Shown: positions 17,514 to 26,888 of the stretch, one piece after another
How the letters are laid out: the number at the start of each line of letters is the position of its first letter
Numbering within the stretch: the first letter of the stretch is position 1
Assembly: GCA_033875315.1 (NCBI GenBank)
Contig: JANRJG010000041.1
Location: forward strand, 64,467 to 128,466
DNA: 64,000 nt
Reading direction: 5' to 3'
From: Candidatus Methylacidiphilales bacterium
Lineage (GTDB): Bacteria; Verrucomicrobiota; Verrucomicrobiia; Methylacidiphilales; CAZTYG01
Made by a program: the position numbers and the translations under genes
Notes under the pieces: generated by a model
Database searches by the model: none
What the model saw: the letters and a program-made list of their open reading frames with translations, nothing else
Told to the model about the DNA's origin: nothing

Positions 17514-19037
17514 TCAGGATTTTCCAATTTCTGGATTTTCCAATTTTTGCCTCTCGTGTTCCGGCAGATCGTCCAGCGCCACATAAAGCACTCCACCATA
17601 ACAAGCAAGTTGCACAATAGTATTTTGCAGGGCCCCGAACGTGGTAAAGTATGTAATTACTTCAGCAATCACATAAGCGCAGGCCCAAATCTGCACCGGT
17701 TTAGCCTGTCTGGCCTTGAACATAAACACACCCGCCTTCAGGAGGAAGGCCAAGCAGAGCAGACAGAAAGCCACTGAACCCACAATCCCGGTCGTGTCAT
17801 ACACGCTGATCCATCCAATGTGGTAGTCCTTCCGCGTGATAAACTCGCGTGATTCGTCCGCAGCATTCAGTCCCACTTGTATACCCCGATTCATGAATTG
17901 ACTGGGATCAAATTGAAATCCTGTTCCGATCCAGGGGCTCCTCATGGCAAACTCCTCAAGGTAAATTGTCTTCATGCTTTCGCGGAAAGCATTGGAGGCC
18001 AGCGCGCTCTTCATGGCGGAATCATCCCACTCTCCAGGAAGAAAGCTGAGGCTTCGCTGGACCATGACGGGCAGGTTGAAGACTCTATTTTGCCCCATTG
18101 TTAAAAAAACCATGCCAACAAGACCGATCAATAAGAACGGCAACACCTTCCAACGCAAAGTCATAAAGGCGGCGACAGAATTGACCACAACGTACACAAA
18201 CAACGCACCGCGAAATCCACTTGCGAGCGTTCCATAAAGACAGAGCACGGATAACAACAGCACCCACAGTCGTCCGGGATGCCACCATGAGGTGATTTTG
18301 TAGCGGGTGATCAGCAGCACTTGTAGTGCTGTGGTAAAAGTGGCCAATTCACCCTGTCGCTTCGCCGCTTCGTCCCCCGAAAAACCTGAGACCATCTGCT
18401 CGTAGGCCGAAGCGTCGTACATGCCAAACAACTGATAAATCACTCCGGAAGTGGAAGGAAAAAAAGTGGTGATGTAGAGCGGCACAATGGCAACCAGCGT
18501 GCTCAGACAGTAAATCAACGGCAGCCTCTCGAGAGACATCATGTCCCCCTTGCGCAGGGTGAGGATCAGGCTAAAGGCCAAGAGTGCGAAGATAAAATTA
18601 AGGTTACGTCGCGCACCAAAAGTCTCTCCCCCCAGCAAATTCATTCCAATACCGCCCATGTACCAATGATAGAGAATGATGGAAAAAAGAATCGCGAAGG
18701 GAAGCCATATCCAGACCGGACCCACCCGCAGCATGCGCTTTTGGAATGAAAGGTAGGAGGTTAGATAAAAAGCCGTACCAGCCAATATAACAAACTCAAA
18801 AACGGTGAACCGCCCGGGAAGGAAGTTGAATTTCCATTTGATCACAATGGCTATGGGTATAAACACCCATGTGTTGTCTTTGACCAAACCGAATATTGCC
18901 AACACAACGCTCAACCCAACAAACAGAAGGATGCCCTTGTAATCTCCATCTCCCACATTGATGCCGAAATAAAAAGCCAAGAGAATCCCCGCCAACAGAA
19001 CGGCACCAATCACCAGTTTTTGCACGTAGTACTGCAT
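17514..19037 (-). CDS. polytopic membrane protein, O-antigen polymerase/ligase (Wzy)-like
   Basis: More than 10 hydrophobic segments, visibly more AT-rich than its neighbours, and located in a glycan locus. No diagnostic motif recognised. Confidence 0.5.
   Translation of the reverse strand: MQYYVQKLVIGAVLLAGILLAFYFGINVGDGDYKGILLFVGLSVVLAIFGLVKDNTWVFIPIAIVIKWKFNFLPGRFTVFEFVILAGTAFYLTSYLSFQKRMLRVGPVWIWLPFAILFSIILYHWYMGGIGMNLLGGETFGARRNLNFIFALLAFSLILTLRKGDMMSLERLPLIYCLSTLVAIVPLYITTFFPSTSGVIYQLFGMYDASAYEQMVSGFSGDEAAKRQGELATFTTALQVLLITRYKITSWWHPGRLWVLLLSVLCLYGTLASGFRGALFVYVVVNSVAAFMTLRWKVLPFLLIGLVGMVFLTMGQNRVFNLPVMVQRSLSFLPGEWDDSAMKSALASNAFRESMKTIYLEEFAMRSPWIGTGFQFDPSQFMNRGIQVGLNAADESREFITRKDYHIGWISVYDTTGIVGSVAFCLLCLAFLLKAGVFMFKARQAKPVQIWACAYVIAEVITYFTTFGALQNTIVQLACYGGVLYVALDDLPEHERQKLENPEIGKS
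17518..17549. repeat. 16-nt tandem duplication (ggattttccaatttct / ggattttccaattttt) at the 3' end of the Wzy-like gene
   Basis: Read directly. Encodes the C-terminal ...KLENPEIGKS. Confidence 0.8.
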
Positions 19038-19062
19038 GTTGTTTTATGGCGGTGATAAAATT

Positions 19063-20274
19063 CTAGTTCCCGACCGATCTGTTGGCCATTCCCAAATGCG
19101 CCACCCCTTTTTCCACAGGCGAAACGCTTTCCACCCAGGCCTGCAAACTCCCACTGGGCACTTCAAACGAACAATCCGGCCTAGACGGATGAATGTGAAA
19201 ATCGTGTCTTCCTCCCACACAGCGCATGATGCCCTCATAACAGCCATTGAGAAAGCCCTCCGCACACAATTCCAATACCGCGCAACCGGGCCCCGTCCAA
19301 ACCAAGTTGGTGAAGGCCGCCCCGTGTTCGCCCACCACAGCCCGCGCCCGGGCAAACCAACCCATCTGCTCGGCAAACGACAAGGTCTCCATATCGACAA
19401 CCCCCCATCCCTGCGCAGCGAGAGCCGTCCAAAGACTCTCCTGATTGCGGATACCACGTGTTTTACCCCTGCGCCGGATGCAAAAAAAAGGCGGCGATTC
19501 CCCGGGTGCGGCAAAGGGAAGAAACCGCCGCCGCAACCACCCGACCGCATAGGGATTGGTGCATCCGGTCATACCCACGGGAGAGGAAAAGAAATACTCC
19601 TCGACCAGAAGATGGTCTTCCACTGTCTCGCGGACCCTTTCCAAGAGACCCAGCATCTCCAAGCTCTCTTTCTGGTAGGAGCGCAGGGGACCACGCATCA
19701 GGATGCCCACATCAGAAGGCCATTCCTCCAGAGGTGCCAGGCGGGGCAGCGCGTCTGTGATCCAGTGATAGTATCCTTCGGACCAACTGTGGATCACACT
19801 GGTCCAACGTCCGGGGAGACGGACCGGTTTCCCCAGCCGGCTGTAGAGGTAGGAAGGGTCACGCCGACAGAATTCCTCGCCGTAGACAGATTCGATCATC
19901 AGTTTTTTATCCGGCCCCATGACTGCCAACGAAGGGCCGACCAAACGTGCAGATGGAAGGCGGGACCAGAACACCGGCCAGGGCTGGCGCCCGTTCTGAT
20001 CCATCCTTGCGCGTTCGATCAAAGAGACAGCCGGAAGCACTGGCAGGGACTGTCCCTCCAGAAGGACTCCACCTTCGGTCCGGCCTTCACGGATGTCAGC
20101 CAAACCCGAGTAAAATCCCCGTGCCGCACCCCAACAGGGACCGCAGCCGAAGCGGCGGAAGCTCTCAACCCACACCGTGGACAGGATTCGTCGCACGGCA
20201 CGCAAAAGCAAATACAGGCCGCCCCATCGCCGCAACCGGTTCAACCAACGGGTTTGAGGGTTGATTTCTGCCAT
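19063..20274 (-). CDS. glycosyltransferase family 61 / DUF563 protein
   Basis: YYHWITDALPRLAPLEE and VVGEHGAAFTNLVW resemble the GT61/DUF563 motifs. Confidence 0.68.
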   Translation of the reverse strand: MAEINPQTRWLNRLRRWGGLYLLLRAVRRILSTVWVESFRRFGCGPCWGAARGFYSGLADIREGRTEGGVLLEGQSLPVLPAVSLIERARMDQNGRQPWPVFWSRLPSARLVGPSLAVMGPDKKLMIESVYGEEFCRRDPSYLYSRLGKPVRLPGRWTSVIHSWSEGYYHWITDALPRLAPLEEWPSDVGILMRGPLRSYQKESLEMLGLLERVRETVEDHLLVEEYFFSSPVGMTGCTNPYAVGWLRRRFLPFAAPGESPPFFCIRRRGKTRGIRNQESLWTALAAQGWGVVDMETLSFAEQMGWFARARAVVGEHGAAFTNLVWTGPGCAVLELCAEGFLNGCYEGIMRCVGGRHDFHIHPSRPDCSFEVPSGSLQAWVESVSPVEKGVAHLGMANRSVGN

Positions 20275-20314
20275 GGATTTAAATGGAGGACGCCCGGCCC
20301 AATCTCAACTCGAT

Positions 20315-21670
20315 TCAAGTTGCACCCACCCTGGTCTCCGATGCAGGCAGGCTCCGAATCGATAAAGCCTGTCCGAAACAAGCGAATGTCAACGGCATGG
20401 CATACAACCAGAACATCCAGTTGTTGAGATGGAAATGATGTTGGTGCCCTTTGGCGAGGAACAACCAACTGAAGGAAAGTCCCCATGAAATCAACGCGGT
20501 CCAAAGAGCAGCATGCACTTTTTGATCCTGATACTTCCCGGAAAGATAGACCCCGGCAGTGTACAGACCCAACATAGCCAGGATCCCTTGGTAGGTGGCC
20601 TTAAAGAAGTAAAAATCCCCCCGACCAAAGGGAATCTTGATCCCCACATCCACCGCATCCACCACCAGATATTTCATGATCAGCATCGTATAGAGTTTGA
20701 CGCCGTGCATCTCTTGAAACATGGGGTGGGCAGGCATAATCGTATTGGAGCTGATGCGTTCCATCACGGCAGAGAAGCCCCCACCATCGGGAAGCACCAC
20801 CTTCGTCACAAAGACCAGATGGATGGCGAAGGCCACAAAGAACCCGGTGCAGGCCAGGGCGCAGACAAGAGCGCAACTGGGCACGATTTTTTTCCAGAAG
20901 GGCAACCCCTCCCTCATTCCCAGGTAAAGGAAAGGCACCGCACAACCCAGAACCAGATTGCTCAAGTATTCATAGCCGCACAAACATTTGACCAAAACAA
21001 ATAATGGCACGGCCAGCCAAACCCACCGACTACGCAATACGGATGCGAATGAGTCGGCGGATTGTTCATTCCGCAGCCACCTTGAAGCCCCGAAGCATGC
21101 GGCGAGTACAGGAAGATAAAACGTAAAAGGCACCCAGTAAAGATTACGCCCCATGCTGGCGGGCAGGGGAGCAAAGAAAATACCCAAGGCCATCAGCACA
21201 GCCGCAGCGGTATTGAATTCCAAACCGATCCATCTGACCCAGAGCGCCAAGGTCAGGCAGGTCAATGCGGCGACTATGATCTCATGATAGCGCACCCAAG
21301 CTACCGCCGGACCTATGCCAGCCTCCGTGATCCATGCCGTCACGAATCCCTGCAATCCGAACTGCGAGGTATACGGCTTGGTTAACTCATGATCGAGGAT
21401 GCCCCTGTGTTGGAAAAACGGGACGTTCTGCCTCAAATTGCCTCCCTGCAAGGGAGAAAGACCGCGCTCCGTGTCAATCATGCGGACTTCAACCAAGGAT
21501 TGGGAATCCTTCTGGAACCCATACCAATAACCCTGCTCGCTGATACGGAAGATATTCCAGCCAGCAGAAGCAAAAAACAATATCCCGAAAACCACGGAAA
21601 CACTAGTGGCAGAACAATGCCACCGGCGACAGGACCGAACCAAATGAGGTATGTATTTCATGAAAATCAT
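20315..21670 (-). CDS. hypothetical polytopic membrane protein
   Basis: 451 aa with many hydrophobic segments. Coding-like and in an operon, but no family recognised. Confidence 0.5.
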   Translation of the reverse strand: MIFMKYIPHLVRSCRRWHCSATSVSVVFGILFFASAGWNIFRISEQGYWYGFQKDSQSLVEVRMIDTERGLSPLQGGNLRQNVPFFQHRGILDHELTKPYTSQFGLQGFVTAWITEAGIGPAVAWVRYHEIIVAALTCLTLALWVRWIGLEFNTAAAVLMALGIFFAPLPASMGRNLYWVPFTFYLPVLAACFGASRWLRNEQSADSFASVLRSRWVWLAVPLFVLVKCLCGYEYLSNLVLGCAVPFLYLGMREGLPFWKKIVPSCALVCALACTGFFVAFAIHLVFVTKVVLPDGGGFSAVMERISSNTIMPAHPMFQEMHGVKLYTMLIMKYLVVDAVDVGIKIPFGRGDFYFFKATYQGILAMLGLYTAGVYLSGKYQDQKVHAALWTALISWGLSFSWLFLAKGHQHHFHLNNWMFWLYAMPLTFACFGQALSIRSLPASETRVGAT

Positions 21671-21682
21671 TGGGTCGTTTTA

Positions 21683-22828
21683 TTAAGCGAACGACGGACC
21701 TGATTGCAACACTTCACGGTAGATACTGACGTGTCGATCCGCCACCCCCCGAGGATGATAGCGCAGACGGGCCTGGGCACAGGCCCTTGCCGCCATCGCA
21801 TGTGAGTGCTCCGCGAACAAGGCCATGACGCCGCGAGCCATGGATGCCGCATCAAGCGGGTCGAAAAGGATGCCCGTTAGGTCGTTCTCAATCAAATCCG
21901 GCACCCCTCCCACGGACGCCGCCGCCACCGGGACTCCGGCTGCCATCGCCTCCAGAACCACCATCGGGCAATTGTCTTCCAACGATGGCAGCACCACGCC
22001 TGAGGCCCGCGAAAACCATTCCTTCAGCACCACACGATTGGCAAAGCCCTCATAACGACACCAGGGGCGCGTCTCGATGAGATTCAGGAACTCCCGTCCG
22101 TAGGGGTCTTGTCTTCCCACCCCGCCCAAGAAAACCAAATCGAAGTCCGGCTCGGCTCCATCCAAAGCGCGAATGAGCGCATTCTGGTTTTTGCGTGGGC
22201 AAATGTTCCCCACACAAAGGATCAAGGGCCGCTCCCCCGCATCTGCACCGGGCTCGATCTCGAAAAAAGAGGGATCAACAGCATTGGGCACAATCCAGGT
22301 TTTCCGGGCCAGACCAGCCACGGCCTGTTGCGTGTAGGAAGTGATACAGACCACCCCGTCCGCGCGCGGAAGCGTCCAACCTTCCAGACGGGCGGCCAGC
22401 CACTCGAAGCTCAGGGGACGGGCCCGGTTCAAGGCAGCCACCAGGCGCATGTTTCCATGCAAGGTCAGTACATTGGGGAAACCGGAGAGTACCGCACTGA
22501 TGGCACAATCGCGTTCGGTGCCCTGGCCGTGGACAATGTCCGGCTGTATTTCCCTCAGCTTCCTTCGTACCGCCCGAATGCAGCCTTGGTAGCCGGTTTT
22601 CAGCCAACCGATCGAGGAAACCGCCAACCCATGGTAATGGATGTTATCCGCCAGCTTGGGCGGAGACACCATAGGACGATGAAGACAAGAAAGGACGTGA
22701 ACTTCAACAGCTTCCATGCCCTTGAAACCCTCCAACAAGGCCTCTGGGGCAGTCCCAAAATAAGGGTCATTCCGGTCATACTGACCAAAGTGATCCCGGC
22801 TGTCGGTGGTCAGTATGGCGATGCGCAT
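21683..22828 (-). CDS. GT4 (group 1) glycosyltransferase
   Basis: MRIAILTTDSRDHFG..., LPSLEDNCPMVVLEAMAAGVPVAAASVGGVPDLI. ATG 22828 lies just after the upstream stop (22830). Confidence 0.85.
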   Translation of the reverse strand: MRIAILTTDSRDHFGQYDRNDPYFGTAPEALLEGFKGMEAVEVHVLSCLHRPMVSPPKLADNIHYHGLAVSSIGWLKTGYQGCIRAVRRKLREIQPDIVHGQGTERDCAISAVLSGFPNVLTLHGNMRLVAALNRARPLSFEWLAARLEGWTLPRADGVVCITSYTQQAVAGLARKTWIVPNAVDPSFFEIEPGADAGERPLILCVGNICPRKNQNALIRALDGAEPDFDLVFLGGVGRQDPYGREFLNLIETRPWCRYEGFANRVVLKEWFSRASGVVLPSLEDNCPMVVLEAMAAGVPVAAASVGGVPDLIENDLTGILFDPLDAASMARGVMALFAEHSHAMAARACAQARLRYHPRGVADRHVSIYREVLQSGPSFA

Positions 22829-22829
22829 G

Positions 22830-23651
22830 TCAGGCGATTTTCTGGAAAACCCGGTTGTGGCCGACTTGCAGGATTTCCTGGAAGCGAGTCCGATCCACTT
22901 CGGCCGCCAGACGCGAGGGCCCCGGATGACCGCCCGTGGCAAAGGCGGGGGGACGGTAGCTCGTCGTCAGCCCGGAATCATCCAGAACCACGATCCCTCC
23001 TTTCCTCAAGCTCACCGAACAATGCTCCCAATCCTGCAGGGCCACCTCGTAATCATGGTTGCCATCGATGTAAATGGCATCCCATTCCTGGGATCGAAGA
23101 CGGGCGATGGCCGCCGGATCGGTGGAGAAGGCTTGGACCAATTCCGGCTTGGACAAACCAAAATGACTGAAGTTCTTCAAGGTATCTTCAAGGTAATGGA
23201 TATCGGTTCGATAACGACTGACGGCGTCCCCAGCAGGGACGAAGGGGGAAATCCCGGTGACACTTCCTGATATGTCGTGTTGCTGCTGCAACATGGCAGC
23301 CAGCGAAAGGATCTGTCCCCGATAAACTCCGATTTCAAGGAAGCGCGCCGGGCGGAATTCCCGGAACAACATCCACCACAGAACATGGAAGGCATCCTCC
23401 CCAAAGCCCCTGCCCTCTTGTTGAAAATAATTCCGGTGGCTTACCAAACGTCGATCCAATTTCCGGTGAAAAAAGCGGAAACAATCCAAATAAAAGTCTG
23501 TAGAGGAATGAAGACTGTTTGCCCAACCCGCCAATAATGCTTCTGGATCGGGGGCAGGCGCCGCATTGAGGGCGCGCACTTTGTCCCGTCCTGCGAGAAA
23601 CTGCTTCAAACGGCCGCCAAGGACCGACCGGATTTTTTTAATCATGTTCAT
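22830..23651 (-). CDS. class I SAM-dependent methyltransferase (Methyltransf_24-like)
   Basis: FLEIGVYRGQILSLAA and AIYIDGNHDYEVALQDWE. Confidence 0.72.
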   Translation of the reverse strand: MNMIKKIRSVLGGRLKQFLAGRDKVRALNAAPAPDPEALLAGWANSLHSSTDFYLDCFRFFHRKLDRRLVSHRNYFQQEGRGFGEDAFHVLWWMLFREFRPARFLEIGVYRGQILSLAAMLQQQHDISGSVTGISPFVPAGDAVSRYRTDIHYLEDTLKNFSHFGLSKPELVQAFSTDPAAIARLRSQEWDAIYIDGNHDYEVALQDWEHCSVSLRKGGIVVLDDSGLTTSYRPPAFATGGHPGPSRLAAEVDRTRFQEILQVGHNRVFQKIA

Positions 23652-24817
23652 TTCAATGGATTGATGGTGAATCCGAGCGAAACAAAAACCGAGGCGAAGC
23701 GGTGCGCCCAGGTGTGTTGGTCCTTGGCCCGCAAATAGCCCGCTTCCGCAATTTTCCTGCAGAGTTCAGGACGTCTCCGATAATACGCGAAGATTTCACA
23801 AAAGTCATGCACATCGCGGTAACACAGGATTTCCTTTCCCACCTCGAAACAATCGGCAAGCTCCCAATCAAACGTCGTGAGGTAACATCCCCCGGAGCCC
23901 GGGCACTCAAAATCCCGGTTTTTAAGATTGGTGAACTGGCTGCCCGGCAGATTGTAACCGATCCCCAAATTGATCAGCGAACGCCGATAGACCGACGGCC
24001 CCTCGTCCGTGAATTCAGCACCCTCCCAACCTCCGCCGAAAAGTTTGACTTCAATCCCCATATCTTGAAGCGCACCAACAAACTTCCGACGTTCGTGCTT
24101 GCAACTGCCGACAAAACTCAGCTCATAGTCAAACGAGCCCTGCGGCTGGAAACGATGAACCTCCGGATTGAAATGAAACCCAGTCGGAAGATAGAGGCAC
24201 GGATGACCGTCGTCGTTGTAAATGTCAACCAAGGACCTGCTATTGCTTAGATTGCAATCAAAGTGTCGGGCCCAGTTCCGGTAATTCTGCGGGGACGTGC
24301 GAAAGGCCGTAAATTCAGAATAACTGGTTTTATCATCTAAATTCAAACCCAGAAGCAGCCCGTCCGTTTTTCTGCGCACCTCTTGCAATAAGTCCAAATT
24401 GAGTAGTGCGGCATTGAGATATACCACCGAAACATCGTAGCTCCTCTCTCCGGAGGACTTCCACGAATTTCGTAATGCTTCGAAATCCAACCGATCGTCG
24501 GCATTTACCTGGCCTTGAAGGATAAATGGACTGACATCCATGAAGTCGACCTCAGCCAATTTGCGCAGTTCCGGCAGCAGCTCTCTCTTCTCCCACATGT
24601 TTGCACAAAGAAATAGAATTCGTTTCAGACTGCGCACACTGGAAACACGCGCCTGGCAGGGGACGGGTTTGGCGCGCGATGATGCCGCCAGAACAAAGCA
24701 AGAGTATTCTGCAGCCAGACGACGGGTCTGTCTCCACAACCAAACGTCCATGACTTTACCCTTGAGAATAAAGTGGGCCGCCGTGCGACGGATGAAATAA
24801 AGAACGCGCTTGATCAT
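23648..24817 (-). CDS. CgeB-like / Glyco_trans_1_2-type glycosyltransferase
   Basis: C-terminal NLKNRDFECPGSGGCYLTTF...EILCYRD...AYYRRRPELCRKIAEAGYLRA resembles the CgeB/DUF3880 family. ATG 24817 forms an ATGA overlap. Confidence 0.62.
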   Translation of the reverse strand: MIKRVLYFIRRTAAHFILKGKVMDVWLWRQTRRLAAEYSCFVLAASSRAKPVPCQARVSSVRSLKRILFLCANMWEKRELLPELRKLAEVDFMDVSPFILQGQVNADDRLDFEALRNSWKSSGERSYDVSVVYLNAALLNLDLLQEVRRKTDGLLLGLNLDDKTSYSEFTAFRTSPQNYRNWARHFDCNLSNSRSLVDIYNDDGHPCLYLPTGFHFNPEVHRFQPQGSFDYELSFVGSCKHERRKFVGALQDMGIEVKLFGGGWEGAEFTDEGPSVYRRSLINLGIGYNLPGSQFTNLKNRDFECPGSGGCYLTTFDWELADCFEVGKEILCYRDVHDFCEIFAYYRRRPELCRKIAEAGYLRAKDQHTWAHRFASVFVSLGFTINPLK

Positions 24818-26004
24818 ATTTTGGCGGGGACCCGGGACTGTAGAGAAAGCAACAACTTTTCCTGGGCATCCAACACCCGGCCCCAGTTGTATTGTGCCTC
24901 GGCTGCCCGACGGCCCTGCCGTCCCAATTCCGCTGCCCAATCAGGTTTATCCAGCATCTGCCTCATCATCTCGGTCATTTCCGTCTCCCCTGAAACCACC
25001 ACCCCGCCCGGAAGATTGCGGACACACCCGGTGTCCGTGCTGATCCACGGCTTTCCTGCCGCCATACTTTCAATCAGGACAATAGGCTGGGTTTCCTCAC
25101 GCGCTGAAAGCAGGGTCATGTCGCATTCCAGATAAGCCTCCAAAACATCCTCTCGCGACAGCCTTTCCATCATAAACACACGTCTCCGCTCATTTCCCGG
25201 AAAGAGATCTCCCACTAACTTCAGCAAATACGATGAATACTCGTTGAATTCGCTTCCAACCAACACCAAGGAGGCTTCCGTCTGTTCCAGGCGATGGAAA
25301 GCACGGATAGCCACCTCTTGATTTTTGCGGGTGCTGAAATTCGCCACACATAAAAGCATCGGGCCCAAGCCTATCCCAAAGCGCTCTCGAAAGGAGGTTT
25401 TTTTTAGATCGAATGCCCTCAGGTCAGTGCCATTCGGAATCACCTCAACGCGTGGATGACAAAAAAGCCGGGCCAACGTGTGGTCAAAGAATCGATTCCA
25501 ATCCCTCTGTTGACTGAGAAATACCAGGGCGTCGAAACGCCATAAAATCAGCGGCAGGAACCAAACGAGGGGCTGAAATCTCAACCAGTAACCCAGCCCC
25601 CAAGGAAAAGTCCCAACGGGTTTCCAGCATTGCAATGAAAAGCCATGACTTATCTGGATCTTGACCGCCCGCATGCGGGGAAAAACGGACAGCGCCAGAC
25701 AAGTCGGCCAAGTGTCCGCACCACAGTGGCAAACGAGATAATCAGGATTCTCTTCCTCCAGAAGCCGTTTGTATTCTTCGACCTGTCCAGAGACTCCACC
25801 CTTGAGAAGGGGATGCCCTCCGACATGAAACTGCATGATCCGAAGATTGGGCATTGGTGAAAAATCAAGCCGACTTGGATCGTAGGAAGTGGCCACAACA
25901 ACATCCCAACCCCGTTCTGCCAGGCCTTCCGCCATAGCACGCGCAGCTTCCGAAACCCCATCTTTGCTGGGCGGAAAAGTGAATGTGGTGATGAGAATTT
26001 TCAT
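24814..26004 (-). CDS. GT4 (group 1) glycosyltransferase
   Basis: MKILITTFTFPPSKDGVSEAA..., LSAREETQPIVLIESMAAGKPWISTDTG. Start at ATG 26004. Confidence 0.8.
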   Translation of the reverse strand: MKILITTFTFPPSKDGVSEAARAMAEGLAERGWDVVVATSYDPSRLDFSPMPNLRIMQFHVGGHPLLKGGVSGQVEEYKRLLEEENPDYLVCHCGADTWPTCLALSVFPRMRAVKIQISHGFSLQCWKPVGTFPWGLGYWLRFQPLVWFLPLILWRFDALVFLSQQRDWNRFFDHTLARLFCHPRVEVIPNGTDLRAFDLKKTSFRERFGIGLGPMLLCVANFSTRKNQEVAIRAFHRLEQTEASLVLVGSEFNEYSSYLLKLVGDLFPGNERRRVFMMERLSREDVLEAYLECDMTLLSAREETQPIVLIESMAAGKPWISTDTGCVRNLPGGVVVSGETEMTEMMRQMLDKPDWAAELGRQGRRAAEAQYNWGRVLDAQEKLLLSLQSRVPAKI

Positions 26005-26125
26005 GAGCCCAACCTTATCAAACCACCCTTCCACTTGCACACATGGAAGCAACAGCACCTTGTCGAAGCGACGACGTATGCAGCCCCTCTTTGCGCGCCA
26101 CAACCATCAGAACGGCAATAGCAAG

Positions 26126-26866
26126 TTAGTTTCGAAGGGCATAGGCCAAGGCCGTGCCCTGCACTCTTTGTGGCATCCACCCACATTCCTTGACAAACTT
26201 GACCACCTCGGGATGACTGGGGACGCAGTCATGCCAGACGAGGATTCCACCCGGGCGAAGCATCTCCCAACCCTTTTTAGAATCGTTTTTGACATACTCG
26301 TAGCTGTGCGCCCCATCAACAAAGACCAGATCCATCGAACCCGCATATGGAGCCACCTCAAAAGAGGCCGAATCGCTTTTCAGAAAAGTCACTTTATGCC
26401 GCAGGTCCGCCGGGACCAGGACACCCTTGCCACCCTCGGCGGCGATCATCCTTTCTTCCTCCTTGGTGATGGCCAGGGAGTAGCAGGGATGATCCTCCGG
26501 AAGATCCAAGGTAATGATCTGACCATCTTCGGGTAAATTCAGGGCAAACTGGGTGGTGGACACTCCTTTGTACGTTCCGAATTCAAATATGCGCTTGGCC
26601 CGGACTGAACGACACAAAGCCGCCAGCGCGGCAGCTTCAGCCAGTGAGACGGAGGCTCCCACGCCGGGGAAGGTCTGGACCACGGTTCGACCGGGTGCGC
26701 CGGGAAGTTCCTGCATGTCCACAACCGGGATCGTGCGCGTGTCCGCAGCCGCATCAACAATCTGACCCGCTGCATGACGGGCAATACCCAGTACATGTCC
26801 GATGTCCGCCGGTTGTCGCAGGCCGATGATGAAGAGATCCCGAAGGAAGGTCGTCAGTTTTTTCAT
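26126..26866 (-). CDS. class I SAM-dependent (O-)methyltransferase (Methyltransf_24-like)
   Basis: IFEFGTYKGVSTTQFA and VFVDGAHSYEYVKNDS. Confidence 0.72.
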   Translation of the reverse strand: MKKLTTFLRDLFIIGLRQPADIGHVLGIARHAAGQIVDAAADTRTIPVVDMQELPGAPGRTVVQTFPGVGASVSLAEAAALAALCRSVRAKRIFEFGTYKGVSTTQFALNLPEDGQIITLDLPEDHPCYSLAITKEEERMIAAEGGKGVLVPADLRHKVTFLKSDSASFEVAPYAGSMDLVFVDGAHSYEYVKNDSKKGWEMLRPGGILVWHDCVPSHPEVVKFVKECGWMPQRVQGTALAYALRN

Positions 26867-26888
26867 AGGAAGATGTCAAACTTATCGT

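Noticed and set aside
19036-20427. Long + strand ORFs antisense to minus-strand genes: 19036..20427, 41299..42693, 56109..57728, 62144..63619, 11650..12708, 4002..5048, 22109..23170, 27177..28013
   Set aside because: Each lies opposite a minus-strand ORF with clear family motifs. Their translations are low-complexity and Arg/Pro/Gly/His-rich. They are shadow ORFs of GC-rich DNA.
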